Of a stretch of 32,000 bases of DNA, positions 1 to 12,667 are shown piece after piece. The translations under genes and the position numbers were made by a program. The notes beneath the pieces were generated by a model that was not told where the DNA came from, did no database searches, and saw only the letters and a program-made list of their open reading frames with translations. The DNA is from an uncultured archaeon (GTDB taxonomy: Archaea; Asgardarchaeota; Thorarchaeia; Thorarchaeales; Thorarchaeaceae). The DNA lies in the NCBI GenBank assembly GCA_964354495.1, contig CAYHAA010000003.1, forward strand, positions 179,754 to 211,753, read 5' to 3'. Numbering within the stretch: position 1 is the first letter of the stretch; every line of letters begins with the position of its first letter.

Positions 1-514
1 TGGTCTTGTAGAGCACATCATTGGTCGCGGTCCAGCCGGTGTTCCCATCAAGGAATTTGACAAAACTCATGAATGAATGCGAATCGACGACAATGTGCTC
101 TTCCCAAGTCAGACCCCCATCAGCTGAATGATAGACAGAACGAAATCCAGTCACCCAGATTGAATCTTCAGCGACAATTTCTATCTGTTGATACATTTGT
201 TCGGACCCATTCTTCAGCTGTGTCTGCCAGGTCGCCCCAGCATCAGATGTGTGTATGATAATACCATTGCCTAAGCTTCCCTCTGTCCATTGACCAACGA
301 TCCACCCATGGCTGGCATTGAAGAATGCAACATCGCTAAATAATGCTTCAGTATAGTTCTGCTCCATTGCTATCCAAGTTGTGCTAGTTTGGTTGTCTTC
401 CTGACTGCCGGTTGCGAGTACAGTCGACGGGCACATTGAACATAGTAATCCAAAGATGAGTGTCATGAATGTCAAGTGCAGCTTCCTGAAGTGCAGGACT
501 GTACCTTGTTTCAT
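1..514 (-). CDS. Secreted BNR/Ycf48(HCF136)-like beta-propeller protein, 3' end runs off the window (not in ORF track)
   Basis: Manual translation from ATG at 514: MKQGTVLHFRKLHLTFMTLIFGLLCSMCPSTVLA (signal peptide-like), then FSDVAFFNASHGWIVG, IIHTSDAGATW, VYHSADGGLTW, VKFLDGNTGWTAT. S-x-D-x-G-x-T-W Asp-box repeats; frame open to position 1. Confidence 0.85.
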   Translation of the reverse strand, partial: MKQGTVLHFRKLHLTFMTLIFGLLCSMCPSTVLATGSQEDNQTSTTWIAMEQNYTEALFSDVAFFNASHGWIVGQWTEGSLGNGIIIHTSDAGATWQTQLKNGSEQMYQQIEIVAEDSIWVTGFRSVYHSADGGLTWEEHIVVDSHSFMSFVKFLDGNTGWTATNDVLYKT

Positions 515-893
515 ACTTCACATCTTCTACCTGAGGCTGAATGAACGAAGTCTACAATTAACATGTTCAACTATTCTGGTACCGGATCACCGCCGCCACC
601 ACTTGGAAGTGTCACATATTGTTGGTCGCTACCAAGGTAGTGATTTGCTGAGTCATATGCCTGAACGTTCACCTGCATTTGAACGTACCCTTGGAGAAGG
701 CTTCAGCAGTCGATGTTCACTCGACTCGGTGGAATAGGTCAGGGGTCAGTTCCTAGTTCGGTAGGAAAGCCACCACAGGACGAATGTCATCCTGACGAAA
801 CGGGTCAAATCCAAGCTTGGACGCGCATCGGAATATGAAGACTAGGTGATCAGAAAAAGCGATGAATCAATGCATAAGTCCCAGGAAAAGTAG

Positions 894-1038
894 TGGCGCT
901 GAGGACGAGACTTGAACTCGTGAGTCTTTCGACAATGGATGTTTGCGTACTTGCTAAATAGCAACTAATAGCAATCCATCTCCTTACTTCTCAATGCCCG
1001 TTTTAAAAACGGGCATTTCCAAGCTAGGAAACCTCAGC
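894..1038 (-). tRNA. tRNA-Ser(GCT) with two introns: D-loop 19/20 (987-1018, 32 nt) and canonical 37/38 (941-968, 28 nt); encoded CCA
   Basis: Acceptor GCTGAGG/CCTCAGC, discriminator G, CCA; T-arm ACGAG-TTCAAGT-CTCGT; long variable arm GTC-GAAA-GAC; anticodon stem ATGGA/TCCAT with TT-GCT-A. Removing both inserts gives an 85-nt class II tRNA. Confidence 0.92.
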
Positions 1039-1159
1039 ATGAGTGATTTGCTCGGAGATGATGATTCTCTCATAAACATTTTGACAGCCTGTAAAGATGG
1101 TTCTCCAAATTCATCTAAACAACTAGATGATGATGGAAGAATACAAAATGAGAAGACGA

Positions 1160-1177
1160 GAGGCAACCTTCTGCCTC
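1160..1177 (-). terminator. Hairpin GAGGCA/TGCCTC followed by a pyrimidine-rich tract downstream of the micropeptide pair
   Basis: Minus strand GAGGCA-GAAGGT-TGCCTC-TCGTCTTCTCATTTT, directly at the second sORF stop. Confidence 0.55.
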
Positions 1178-1265
1178 AGCGCCTGTAGATGTAAGCATGA
1201 ATCAGAGCGTCAGTCGAGATGATCGTGCCAGAGGACTTTCTCTGGGGTGTCTTAGCGAGTGCCAT
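1176..1265 (-). CDS. Micropeptide B, 29 aa MALAKTPQRKSSGTIISTDALIHAYIYRR (not in ORF track)
   Basis: ATG preceded by GGAGG SD (inside the RR codons of micropeptide A); paralogous to A, with synonymous changes at conserved residues. Confidence 0.75.
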   Translation of the reverse strand: MALAKTPQRKSSGTIISTDALIHAYIYRR

Positions 1266-1271
1266 GATGCT

Positions 1272-1376
1272 TTACCTCCGGTACTGGTAGGCGTAGGTGA
1301 TTGCCTCGGTCGAGTAGATTCGACCAGTCATGTTCTTGAGCGCAGATGTGTTCCGGTTGTTAGTTGTTAGAGCCAT
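1272..1376 (-). CDS. Micropeptide A, 34 aa MALTTNNRNTSALKNMTGRIYSTEAITYAYQYRR (not in ORF track)
   Basis: TATA box about 33 nt upstream; C-terminal 17 aa are 10/17 identical to micropeptide B. Confidence 0.75.
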   Translation of the reverse strand: MALTTNNRNTSALKNMTGRIYSTEAITYAYQYRR

Positions 1377-1408
1377 AATAGTTCACAGGAAATACTGTGT
1401 AGAGTCAG

Positions 1409-1422
1409 TATATATAGCGAAG
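1409..1422 (-). promoter_or_regulatory. TATA box (TATATATA) of the micropeptide operon
   Basis: Minus strand CTTCGCTATATATACTG, 33 nt upstream of ATG 1376. Confidence 0.6.
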
Positions 1423-1503
1423 CCACCTGCGAGGGACACAAGATGAAGTCACAAGATGTGACTAGTCAGAGGGGGTCGTGAGGTCAATCAGAATCATTCT
1501 TGG

Positions 1504-1923
1504 TCATTGAATGTGCAAGCGTGTCCTGCAATGTGGACAGAGATAGACATCTTTTTCGACTGGAACTGCATTTCCGATGTCGAAGTCCATTCCACAACTG
1601 CTGCAGTGTAACATACCACTTAGAGAGCCACTCTCCACAGGAAGTGCATGTTTCCTCATTGATGCTAGTATTCTATCGTCCTCTGAGATGTTGGTTGGGG
1701 CAATTGAACGACCCTGAGCCCATCTGAATGTGGCATAGAGCAAAAATACGACAATTGGAACATACATGAAGGTGTAGAGGAAGATCAGGTCAAGTGGTGT
1801 ACTGACAATGACACCATAGATTCCGAGGACACCAAGTACGAGAACAACTGCGAAGATGAGCCATCTTCCTGTGTGCTGAGATGTATCTCGCGGATAGGGG
1901 TCATATGAGTCGTCATTCATCAT
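1504..1923 (-). CDS. Membrane protein with two N-terminal TM helices and a C-terminal zinc ribbon
   Basis: Two hydrophobic segments, then CSSC...CPHC. Confidence 0.75.
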   Translation of the reverse strand: MMNDDSYDPYPRDTSQHTGRWLIFAVVLVLGVLGIYGVIVSTPLDLIFLYTFMYVPIVVFLLYATFRWAQGRSIAPTNISEDDRILASMRKHALPVESGSLSGMLHCSSCGMDFDIGNAVPVEKDVYLCPHCRTRLHIQ

Positions 1924-2008
1924 AGTAAAGAGACTCTACTGGTGAGTGATATGTAAAGCCTTCCATATTCTCTTATTTGACTAGTGTAGTACGTGACTCG
2001 ATACTTCA

Positions 2009-3526
2009 TCACATACTTCGTCTGCGATATGCTGTGGCAAGTGCCAGAACTACAAATCCAATCGTTCCACCAACTACTAGACTCGATTGTATCAGGGATA
2101 TTTCATTGCCAGAAACAGTCTGGACACATATGATGAAGGAACTATGGTAACCGGGATCACAAGGACATCCCTCTACGGAATATCCTGCGAGATATGCCTG
2201 CCCGCCTTCGCCTACTGCAATGGCATTAGTGGTTTCGCGGTACACACTTCCATAGAGATTGGAGAAGACCACAGCACCGGCTGTATTCATGCGAATAATA
2301 AAACAATCATCTAGTCCAGAGTATGGGTTAGTTGGGTTTTGGATGAAGTCGTTAGAAGTGGTTCTACCCGTGATGTATATGTAATCATGGGAATCAATTG
2401 AGAAGGCTCCAGCGCTATCAAAACCGGAGCCTCCCATCTCCTCTGTATACTCTAAACTATCGAGGTCGTCATTGAGTCTGTAAATCGCAAACGACCAAGC
2501 AGTATGTGAGTTGTCTAGAACATATATGTAGTATTCAGAGTCGACAACTATCGAAACACTCGGGAAGAAGCCGTTAGTTTTGAAAGCCCCAGAATCGAGG
2601 AGTGTACCATTGGCTGATATCTTCAGGACAAAACAGTGCCCACCATAGTCAATACCTGGATAGTAGTATTCGTCGGTAGGACAAATAGATGTAATTCCAG
2701 CGACATAGATAGTACCATTATCAGTGTAGAAGAGATCTGATCCCGAATCAGTATACTGAGCACCATAGAACGAGGCATAGACTATCTCCGTACCAGTTGG
2801 ATTCATCTTCAGAACATAACAATCAGTATCACCGTTATACGTATCATCGAATGCGTCTACAATCGGGACCTCAGAGGTTCTTGTGCTACCAGCCAGATAC
2901 GCATAGCCTTGTTCGTCAACTGCGAGTGCTTGAAAATCAGCACCGTTTGGTTTGTCTATGAATTCAGGCCCAAAGAAGGTCGAATAGACTAGTGTCTGCC
3001 CATCAGGAGCGAACTTAGTCAGAAAGTACTGTGATGACTCGTTGAAGTAGTCACTATATGGATTGACCAACGGAAAATCCTCTGAGTAAGTAGAACCCAG
3101 AATATAGATGCAGCCTAAGTCATCGACACAAATTGAACTGGGATAGTCAACATCATTTCCTCCCAAGAACGAAGAATACAGAATGGATCCATCAGTTGCA
3201 TTCATCTTCATCACGAAGCAGTCGTGAGTACCACCAAGAGTGTTGTCAATCCCATCTACGATAGGAAATGAGGTGGAACTTGTGGTTCCTGTCACATAGA
3301 GATAACCCTGCGAGTCAATAGAAATGTCCCTCAACGATCCGATAGTGGAACTATTGAGAATCGGAGTGCAATCATTGAATGATGCAAGTTGAGCAGCATC
3401 ACCCTCTATTTCCCGGGCGTTCTCTGGAGATATTGCGGGAGCTGTAGAGATTGTTAGAAATGACGCCAAAAGAAGCACTACTGAAAGAGAGAATCCGAGT
3501 CTGACTAAACCATTACGACCCGACAC
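2009..3526 (-). CDS. Cell-surface SBBP-repeat beta-propeller protein with signal peptide and C-terminal membrane anchor
   Basis: Repeated I-x-x-D-x-x-G-Y-x-Y-x-x-G-x-T-x-S-x-x-F-P units; N-terminal hydrophobic signal; C-terminal TM followed by YRRR. Confidence 0.85.
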   Translation of the reverse strand: MSGRNGLVRLGFSLSVVLLLASFLTISTAPAISPENAREIEGDAAQLASFNDCTPILNSSTIGSLRDISIDSQGYLYVTGTTSSTSFPIVDGIDNTLGGTHDCFVMKMNATDGSILYSSFLGGNDVDYPSSICVDDLGCIYILGSTYSEDFPLVNPYSDYFNESSQYFLTKFAPDGQTLVYSTFFGPEFIDKPNGADFQALAVDEQGYAYLAGSTRTSEVPIVDAFDDTYNGDTDCYVLKMNPTGTEIVYASFYGAQYTDSGSDLFYTDNGTIYVAGITSICPTDEYYYPGIDYGGHCFVLKISANGTLLDSGAFKTNGFFPSVSIVVDSEYYIYVLDNSHTAWSFAIYRLNDDLDSLEYTEEMGGSGFDSAGAFSIDSHDYIYITGRTTSNDFIQNPTNPYSGLDDCFIIRMNTAGAVVFSNLYGSVYRETTNAIAVGEGGQAYLAGYSVEGCPCDPGYHSSFIICVQTVSGNEISLIQSSLVVGGTIGFVVLALATAYRRRSM

Positions 3527-3601
3527 ACACCATCCCTAGAGAATATAGAGCAAAACATGTAATCTGTCTTTCGAAAACAGTAATGAAGAAAAGGAGAGAG
3601 G

Positions 3602-3627
3602 GAACTCGGGCCTTGCAGGCCCGGTTC
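3602..3627 (-). terminator. GC-rich hairpin plus pyrimidine tract after tuf
   Basis: Minus strand GAAC-CGGGCC-TGCAA-GGCCCG-A-GTTC followed by CCTCTCTCCTTTTCTTC. Confidence 0.6.
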
Positions 3628-3644
3628 TCAATGATACACACAAC

Positions 3645-4940
3645 CTACCTTGGAGTGACCTTGGTGACAATACCAACAGCTACAGTCAGACCCATGTCAC
3701 GGACAGCGAACCTACCGAGCTGCGGGAACTCCTTATAGGACTCGATGACCACCGGCTTCAAGGGCACCAACTTTGCAACCATGGACTCACCCTTCTTGAC
3801 AAAGTCTGGTTTCTCCTCGATGACCTGCCCAGAGCGTTGGTCAATCTTCTGCAGGATCTCGTCAAATCTGCAGGCCACCTGAGCAGTATGGGCATGAATA
3901 ACAGGGGTGTAGCCAACTGTGATAGCGGTTGGATGCTGAATGACCATCACTTGACCTGTGAAATCAATGGCAACTGTGGGTGGCTTTTCAGCAGGACCTG
4001 CAACGTCTCCACGAGCAAGGTCCTTTCTGTCTACGCCTCTGACATTAAACCCTATGTTATCACCAGGCACAGCCTGAGGAAGTTGCTCATGGTGCATCTC
4101 AATGGATTTTATCTCACCGGTCTTGTCCGCTGGCATGAAGGTAATCTTCATTCCTGGCTTCATGACTCCGGTTTCAACACGACCGACTGGTACAGTGCCA
4201 ACACCCTTGATTGAGTACACATCATTGATGGGTACGCGTAGGGGCTTGTCAGTAGGCTTTGGTGGGAGTGTCACCTGGTCTAAGGCCTCAAGTAGACATG
4301 GCCCTTTGTACCATGGTGTGAGTTTTGGTGTCCGTACCTTGAGGTTAGCTGCATCAAGTGCTGAGGTAGGAATGAACGGAATCTGATCGATCTTGTAACC
4401 GATGCTCTTCAGGAATGCTCCTACTTCATCCTTGACCTCTTTATACCTCTCTTCGCTGTACTTGACATCATCCATCTTATTGATACAGACGATTAGTGAT
4501 GGAACCCCAAGGGTCATGGCAAGGTATGCATGTTCCTTTGTTTGTCCTCCGGGACCAACTCCTGCCTCAAACTCGCCTTTCTTGGCGGAAACAACAAGCA
4601 TTCCTACGTCTGCCTGTGATGCACCAGTGATCATGTTCTTGATAAAGTCCTTGTGACCTGGAGCGTCAATAATTGTGTAATAGTACTTGTCAGTAAGGAA
4701 CTTGAAGAAGGCAATGTCAATTGTAAGGCCTCGTTCTCGCTCTTCCTTGAGTCTATCAAGTGCGAAAGCCCAAGCCCAGGATGGACGACCGAGTCGCTCG
4801 GCCTCAGCCTTGTTTGCTTGGAAAGTTCGCTCATCTACGGCACCGGTCTCGTAAAGCAGTCTGCCCGTCATAGTGCTTTTACCGTGGTCTACGTGCCCTA
4901 TGACGACGAGATTGAGGTGCGCTTTGTCTTTTTTGCTCAA
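3645..4940 (-). CDS. tuf: Translation elongation factor EF-1alpha (aEF1A)
   Basis: GHVDHGKST, ERERGLTID, DAPGH, NKMD, GRFAVRDMG motifs; 431 aa; TTG start. Confidence 0.98.
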   Translation of the reverse strand: MSKKDKAHLNLVVIGHVDHGKSTMTGRLLYETGAVDERTFQANKAEAERLGRPSWAWAFALDRLKEERERGLTIDIAFFKFLTDKYYYTIIDAPGHKDFIKNMITGASQADVGMLVVSAKKGEFEAGVGPGGQTKEHAYLAMTLGVPSLIVCINKMDDVKYSEERYKEVKDEVGAFLKSIGYKIDQIPFIPTSALDAANLKVRTPKLTPWYKGPCLLEALDQVTLPPKPTDKPLRVPINDVYSIKGVGTVPVGRVETGVMKPGMKITFMPADKTGEIKSIEMHHEQLPQAVPGDNIGFNVRGVDRKDLARGDVAGPAEKPPTVAIDFTGQVMVIQHPTAITVGYTPVIHAHTAQVACRFDEILQKIDQRSGQVIEEKPDFVKKGESMVAKLVPLKPVVIESYKEFPQLGRFAVRDMGLTVAVGIVTKVTPR

Positions 4941-5010
4941 TCTTATTCACCACGTTGTTTATGGCCTGTCCACTGATTCGGACAGACTTTTGATGCTCCT
5001 TCGCGGGATG

Positions 5011-5025
5011 CTTTTAACGCTTTCG
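5011..5025 (-). promoter_or_regulatory. BRE-TATA promoter of tuf
   Basis: Minus strand CGAAAGCG-TTAAAAG about 70 nt upstream of the start codon. Confidence 0.6.
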
Positions 5026-5130
5026 ACAGGTTCCCTTGACCACAGGGAAAAGGCGTCTTCTTGATGTGATAGAAAGTGATTATTGACATGAGGAGGAGGA
5101 CAATTGTTGCTCACTAGCATTCTCTAGAGG

Positions 5131-5616
5131 TCAGTAGTCGAACTCGTCATCTCCAACTTGTAGCTTAGTAGTTAATCTCTCGCCGGGCCAAGGTCTACGG
5201 AGTTCTATGAGGTTGAGTACGCCATAGCCACGCTTCTTTAGGAATGAGATACTGGCCTTGTTATTTGGATGGACCCAGTTGAAGACGGTGTCGCCTCCAA
5301 GTTCTTGGGATAAGCGCTCAGCCTCAGCAAATAGGGAGGATGCAATACCTTTGCGACGAAACTTGGGACGGACAAACAGCGATTCAGCCCATACCACATC
5401 GTCATCGATCCTGCATACAAGATAGCCAGCAAGTACTTCACGGGATTCATATACGAATATGGGAAATCCCTTGTCAAGGTACGATTGCAGTTCGCTCGCG
5501 GCAGCATCGAGATCAGGAACCTTCTTTGTGGATTTCAATCTCGAAAGAAAGACCCTTAGGTCAGCAATCATCTCAACGACCTGTTGCCTATCAGACTCCT
5601 CATAGAGGCGTATCAT
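5131..5616 (-). CDS. GNAT-family N-acetyltransferase
   Basis: LFVRPKFRRKGIASSL acetyl-CoA motif A; NKASISFLKKRGY motif B. Confidence 0.9.
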   Translation of the reverse strand: MIRLYEESDRQQVVEMIADLRVFLSRLKSTKKVPDLDAAASELQSYLDKGFPIFVYESREVLAGYLVCRIDDDVVWAESLFVRPKFRRKGIASSLFAEAERLSQELGGDTVFNWVHPNNKASISFLKKRGYGVLNLIELRRPWPGERLTTKLQVGDDEFDY

Positions 5617-5661
5617 CTGGGATTCCTTCCTTGACTATACAGCTCCATGGTCCAAGGCGTG

Positions 5662-6279
5662 TTATTGAAGTAATTGGCGTATCCAATCACGAATCTTGTC
5701 CCAGTCCCGGAAGTCTATCTTCTCAGGAACCTCCTCACCGGGCGGCAGTTGTGACTTCACAATCTTCTTCACTAACGCACGAACTGCAAAGTTGTACTTA
5801 CTGAAATCAAACATGCCGCCGATGAGCACTGTCGAGATGGGGGAAAGTCCAGGGTATTTCTCTACAATCTTATCTAGATAGGCAGACTGAGCTGCGCCAC
5901 ATCTCTCAGGACTACCCGCATCCCCACAGACCACGAAGAGCGCCACTCTGGTCTTGGATAGGATGTCGAGGTTATTCTTCATAAAGTCCAACGGTTGTTT
6001 TGTCCACCGGCCAGCTGCGATCCCACTTCCGATAATCACTAGATCATACTCGTGTAGGTTGGCTGGGGGCCTATCCTTCTTCAGAAACACAGCCTCAGCC
6101 TTCGTTCCCATTCCTTCGGCTGTCTTGACCATCTCTTGAACTACTTCGGTTGTCGTTCCATATCTGGACCCGTAACAGATGAGAGCTTTTTCTATCATAA
6201 GCATCAGGAGCGTGCTTGTATCTTCGCTCTCAAATAATTTCCTACTGGAAAGCAGACCTTGTATGTTCGCACGCTTCAT
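5662..6279 (-). CDS. Flavodoxin-domain protein (HemG/Flavodoxin_5-like); true start probably ATG 6198
   Basis: YGSRYGTT FMN loop, YDLVIIGSGI, final DFRDWDKIRDW. Confidence 0.85.
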   Translation of the reverse strand: MKRANIQGLLSSRKLFESEDTSTLLMLMIEKALICYGSRYGTTTEVVQEMVKTAEGMGTKAEAVFLKKDRPPANLHEYDLVIIGSGIAAGRWTKQPLDFMKNNLDILSKTRVALFVVCGDAGSPERCGAAQSAYLDKIVEKYPGLSPISTVLIGGMFDFSKYNFAVRALVKKIVKSQLPPGEEVPEKIDFRDWDKIRDWIRQLLQ

Positions 6280-6290
6280 GCATGCTACAA

Positions 6291-6938
6291 CTATCTGGCG
6301 GAACGAGCCACACGCTCACGCTCTTCTTTCCTAGCAATTGCAAAACTACCAGAATCGTTCTTGTAAGCCAGCAGCAACTCGTCTACTAGGCACTCTTCGA
6401 AAGACTTGGCATTCTTATGTGAAGACCGTACGGCACCCACCATGAGATATCTCAGGGCAAGATCGACTCTTCGTTGGGGAGCCACATCCACTGAACGTGG
6501 GTATGCCATTCCTCCGTACGAGATTCTTGTTGTTTCTTCAGCAGGCGCAGCATTCTCAATCGCTGTGACAAGCACTTGGATGGGGTTAAGACCGGTCCTG
6601 TAGTCAATCATCTCGAAGACTCTCCGGAGTTTATTTAGTACCTTCAATTTCTTGCCAGCATTCTTTCCGGTTCGAGTCTTCTTCTCTTGACGCTTGCCAG
6701 CATTGAGCATCTTGTTGGCAAATCGCTCGACAATGGGCACACCAGACTTGTGGAAACCCTTGTGTGCATGTCGGCCTGATGTATGAGGAATGAGACCGGG
6801 TTTCAGAGAGATGTATCTCACTAGACCAACATCGGTCACTTGGACTGCTGTAGCATCCCATTTGCCAAATAGAAGAAGGCCGGGAGGCGTTTGAGAACGA
6901 CCCTCAGCAGTAGTTGGTTGTGATGAATCGTCTGACAT
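6291..6938 (-). CDS. rps7: 30S ribosomal protein uS7
   Basis: GRHAHKGFHKSGVPIVER, NPIQVLVTAIENAAP, VDVAPQRRVDLALR, KEERERVARSAR. Confidence 0.97.
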   Translation of the reverse strand: MSDDSSQPTTAEGRSQTPPGLLLFGKWDATAVQVTDVGLVRYISLKPGLIPHTSGRHAHKGFHKSGVPIVERFANKMLNAGKRQEKKTRTGKNAGKKLKVLNKLRRVFEMIDYRTGLNPIQVLVTAIENAAPAEETTRISYGGMAYPRSVDVAPQRRVDLALRYLMVGAVRSSHKNAKSFEECLVDELLLAYKNDSGSFAIARKEERERVARSAR

Positions 6939-6947
6939 GATAGCCAC

Positions 6948-7427
6948 CTAACGTACCGGTTTCTCCTTTCTGCCATAGATCAGTGACTCTAGGCAAACAC
7001 CGTTCACTTTGGTTACTCTCCATCTCACTCCGGGCAAATCGCCAAAGGCGCCACCCATCGCACCACCAATCCCTTCCACCTCAACTGAGTCGTGCTCATC
7101 GATGTACTTCAGACCACCGTCCCCAGGAATGAATGCTGTGATCTGTTTTCCATTTCTTGATAGCTGTATTCGTATAGCTTTGCGAATAGACGAGTTGGGC
7201 TGTTTGCATTCGATTCCGACCTTCTCAAGAACGATGCCCCGAGCTTGAGGCGCACCCTCTAATGGGTCAGTCTTATCCTTGAGCTTCAAGGCTTTGTTCT
7301 TGTAGGATGACTTCTTCCAGCGAAACTTCTTCCTCTTTCGAAGAAGAGGTCGCGCTGCAAACTCGCCAACTGGGGACTTTGAACCTGTCAAATTGTCTAA
7401 CCTCTTGGTAGTAGATGCACCATTCAT
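6948..7427 (-). CDS. rps12: 30S ribosomal protein uS12
   Basis: [37 protein letters not shown]. Confidence 0.97.
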   Translation of the reverse strand: MNGASTTKRLDNLTGSKSPVGEFAARPLLRKRKKFRWKKSSYKNKALKLKDKTDPLEGAPQARGIVLEKVGIECKQPNSSIRKAIRIQLSRNGKQITAFIPGDGGLKYIDEHDSVEVEGIGGAMGGAFGDLPGVRWRVTKVNGVCLESLIYGRKEKPVR

Positions 7428-7469
7428 GGTGCACTCCGCTTGGTGGTCACGGCTTCGGGTTTGTGTTTC

Positions 7470-7484
7470 CTTAAAAGCCTTATC
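7470..7484 (-). promoter_or_regulatory. Probable internal TATA promoter for rps12-rps7
   Basis: Minus strand ATAAGGCTTTTAAG about 43 nt upstream of ATG 7427. Confidence 0.45.
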
Positions 7485-7520
7485 AAATGCATCTGATTAG
7501 AATGAGTATAGAACTGCTCT

Positions 7521-7955
7521 CTAAGCTATCACTACGTTGTTCAAATCAAAATGACGCCTGACTAGGATGCGTGCGCGGGCCACATTTCGACCATCGCGCC
7601 CGATGGCAATGCCACGATCGTCACTCTTCACGGTAACGGAGGCTACCTTTGTGCCATCCCTGTGCTCAATGATTTTCACAGACTCAACTCTGGCAGGGGC
7701 AAGAGCGCTCTTCACAAAGTCCTCTGGAGTTTCAGCCATTTCAACAACATCAATGGCTCTTCCAAAAGCGTCAGAGGCCGCTCTGACATTGATGCCACCC
7801 TTTCCTATTGCCTTTCCAAGTTGCTTGGCTCGGACAACAACAATGATTCGCTCTCCATCGTCGTCTCTAACGACATCTACTGCGGAAACTCCTGTAATCT
7901 GCTCGAACCGAGCAATTAAGCCCATGTCATCCATTGAGAGCTTCACACGGGTCAA
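7521..7955 (-). CDS. nusA: Archaeal NusA-like transcription factor (two KH domains)
   Basis: GKAIGKGG and GIAIGRDGRN KH GxxG loops; canonical position between rpl30e and rps12. Confidence 0.93.
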   Translation of the reverse strand: MTRVKLSMDDMGLIARFEQITGVSAVDVVRDDDGERIIVVVRAKQLGKAIGKGGINVRAASDAFGRAIDVVEMAETPEDFVKSALAPARVESVKIIEHRDGTKVASVTVKSDDRGIAIGRDGRNVARARILVRRHFDLNNVVIA

Positions 7956-7964
7956 AAAATCGCC

Positions 7965-8258
7965 TCAGACCATCTTTAGAATCTTGGAGTCACCGGGCTG
8001 GATAATCGCAATAGCAGAAACCATGAATGGTTTGCCTACAATCTCACCAAGGTCCCATGACGTCCCTTCGAATTCCTGCACTTTGATTTGTGCTAGCTGG
8101 GCATACCTTGTAATATCCTCGTATTCATCTTTAGGGCAATTGGCAGCAACAATTACAAGCTTAGCCTCGCCCTTCTTGATTGAGGAGATTGATGATTTGG
8201 CGCCTATCCTGCACTTCCCTGTGCTTACTGCACTTGCTATTGGTTGATTCAAGCTCAT
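7965..8258 (-). CDS. rpl30e: 50S ribosomal protein eL30
   Basis: GEAKLVIVAANCP, GTSWDLGEIVGKPFMVS, PGDSKIL; SD GAGGTG before ATG 8258. Confidence 0.95.
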   Translation of the reverse strand: MSLNQPIASAVSTGKCRIGAKSSISSIKKGEAKLVIVAANCPKDEYEDITRYAQLAQIKVQEFEGTSWDLGEIVGKPFMVSAIAIIQPGDSKILKMV

Positions 8259-8316
8259 TTTATGCACCTCATTTGATTGTCGGCAGACCAGAGTGGTTTG
8301 CGTCTAATGAATTCCT

Positions 8317-8331
8317 GTTTTAATGTTTCCG
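8317..8331 (-). promoter_or_regulatory. Probable BRE-TATA promoter for rpl30e-nusA
   Basis: Minus strand CGGAAAC-ATTAAAAC about 60 nt upstream of ATG 8258. Confidence 0.45.
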
Positions 8332-8355
8332 CAGTGGTCCCTCTGGTGCGTTTCC

Positions 8356-12410
<4,055 letters not shown>

Positions 12411-12537
12411 TTAAGCCATCTCCTATTGAACTACCTCTTTGTATTTATCATGATACAGCATATTATCTAAAGTGAAGAAGTGTCAATGAACAATTCAAAT
12501 TTCGAGAGAGAATGATTATAACAGTTATGGTATGTCT

Positions 12538-12667
12538 GGCTCTGTGTGAAAAGTCAATGATAGCGTAATGATCAGAACAATTCGCGTCATATCATGTACG
12601 GATCCTACACTCATTATTCCTTTTCTGACCGTACCATTTCATAGTTGGTGACTTTTCACACAAAGCC
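12538..12667. mobile_element. 130-bp MITE with 19-bp TIRs and a 9-bp target-site duplication (IS5 family, IS903-like ends)
   Basis: GGTATGTCT|GGCTCTGTGTGAAAAGTCA ... TGACTTTTCACACAAAGCC|GGTATGTCT; TIRs match 18/19; TSD at 12529-12537 and 12668-12676. Confidence 0.88.

Noticed and set aside
750-830. Hammerhead ribozyme (CTGACGA and GAAA present)
   Set aside because: Motif order and stems do not assemble into the core; no stem II-GAAA after CUGACGA and no UH cleavage triplet in place.
571-900. Minus-strand frame with five TGA and no other stop before the final TAG (selenoprotein or recoding)
   Set aside because: No start or SECIS-like support; several TGAs arise from xxT-GAx codons of an overlapping fragment, and all real genes here use the standard code (TGA as stop).
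984-1188. ORFs 984-1166 and 994-1188
   Set aside because: They overlap tRNA-Ser and its promoter; no protein-like motifs.
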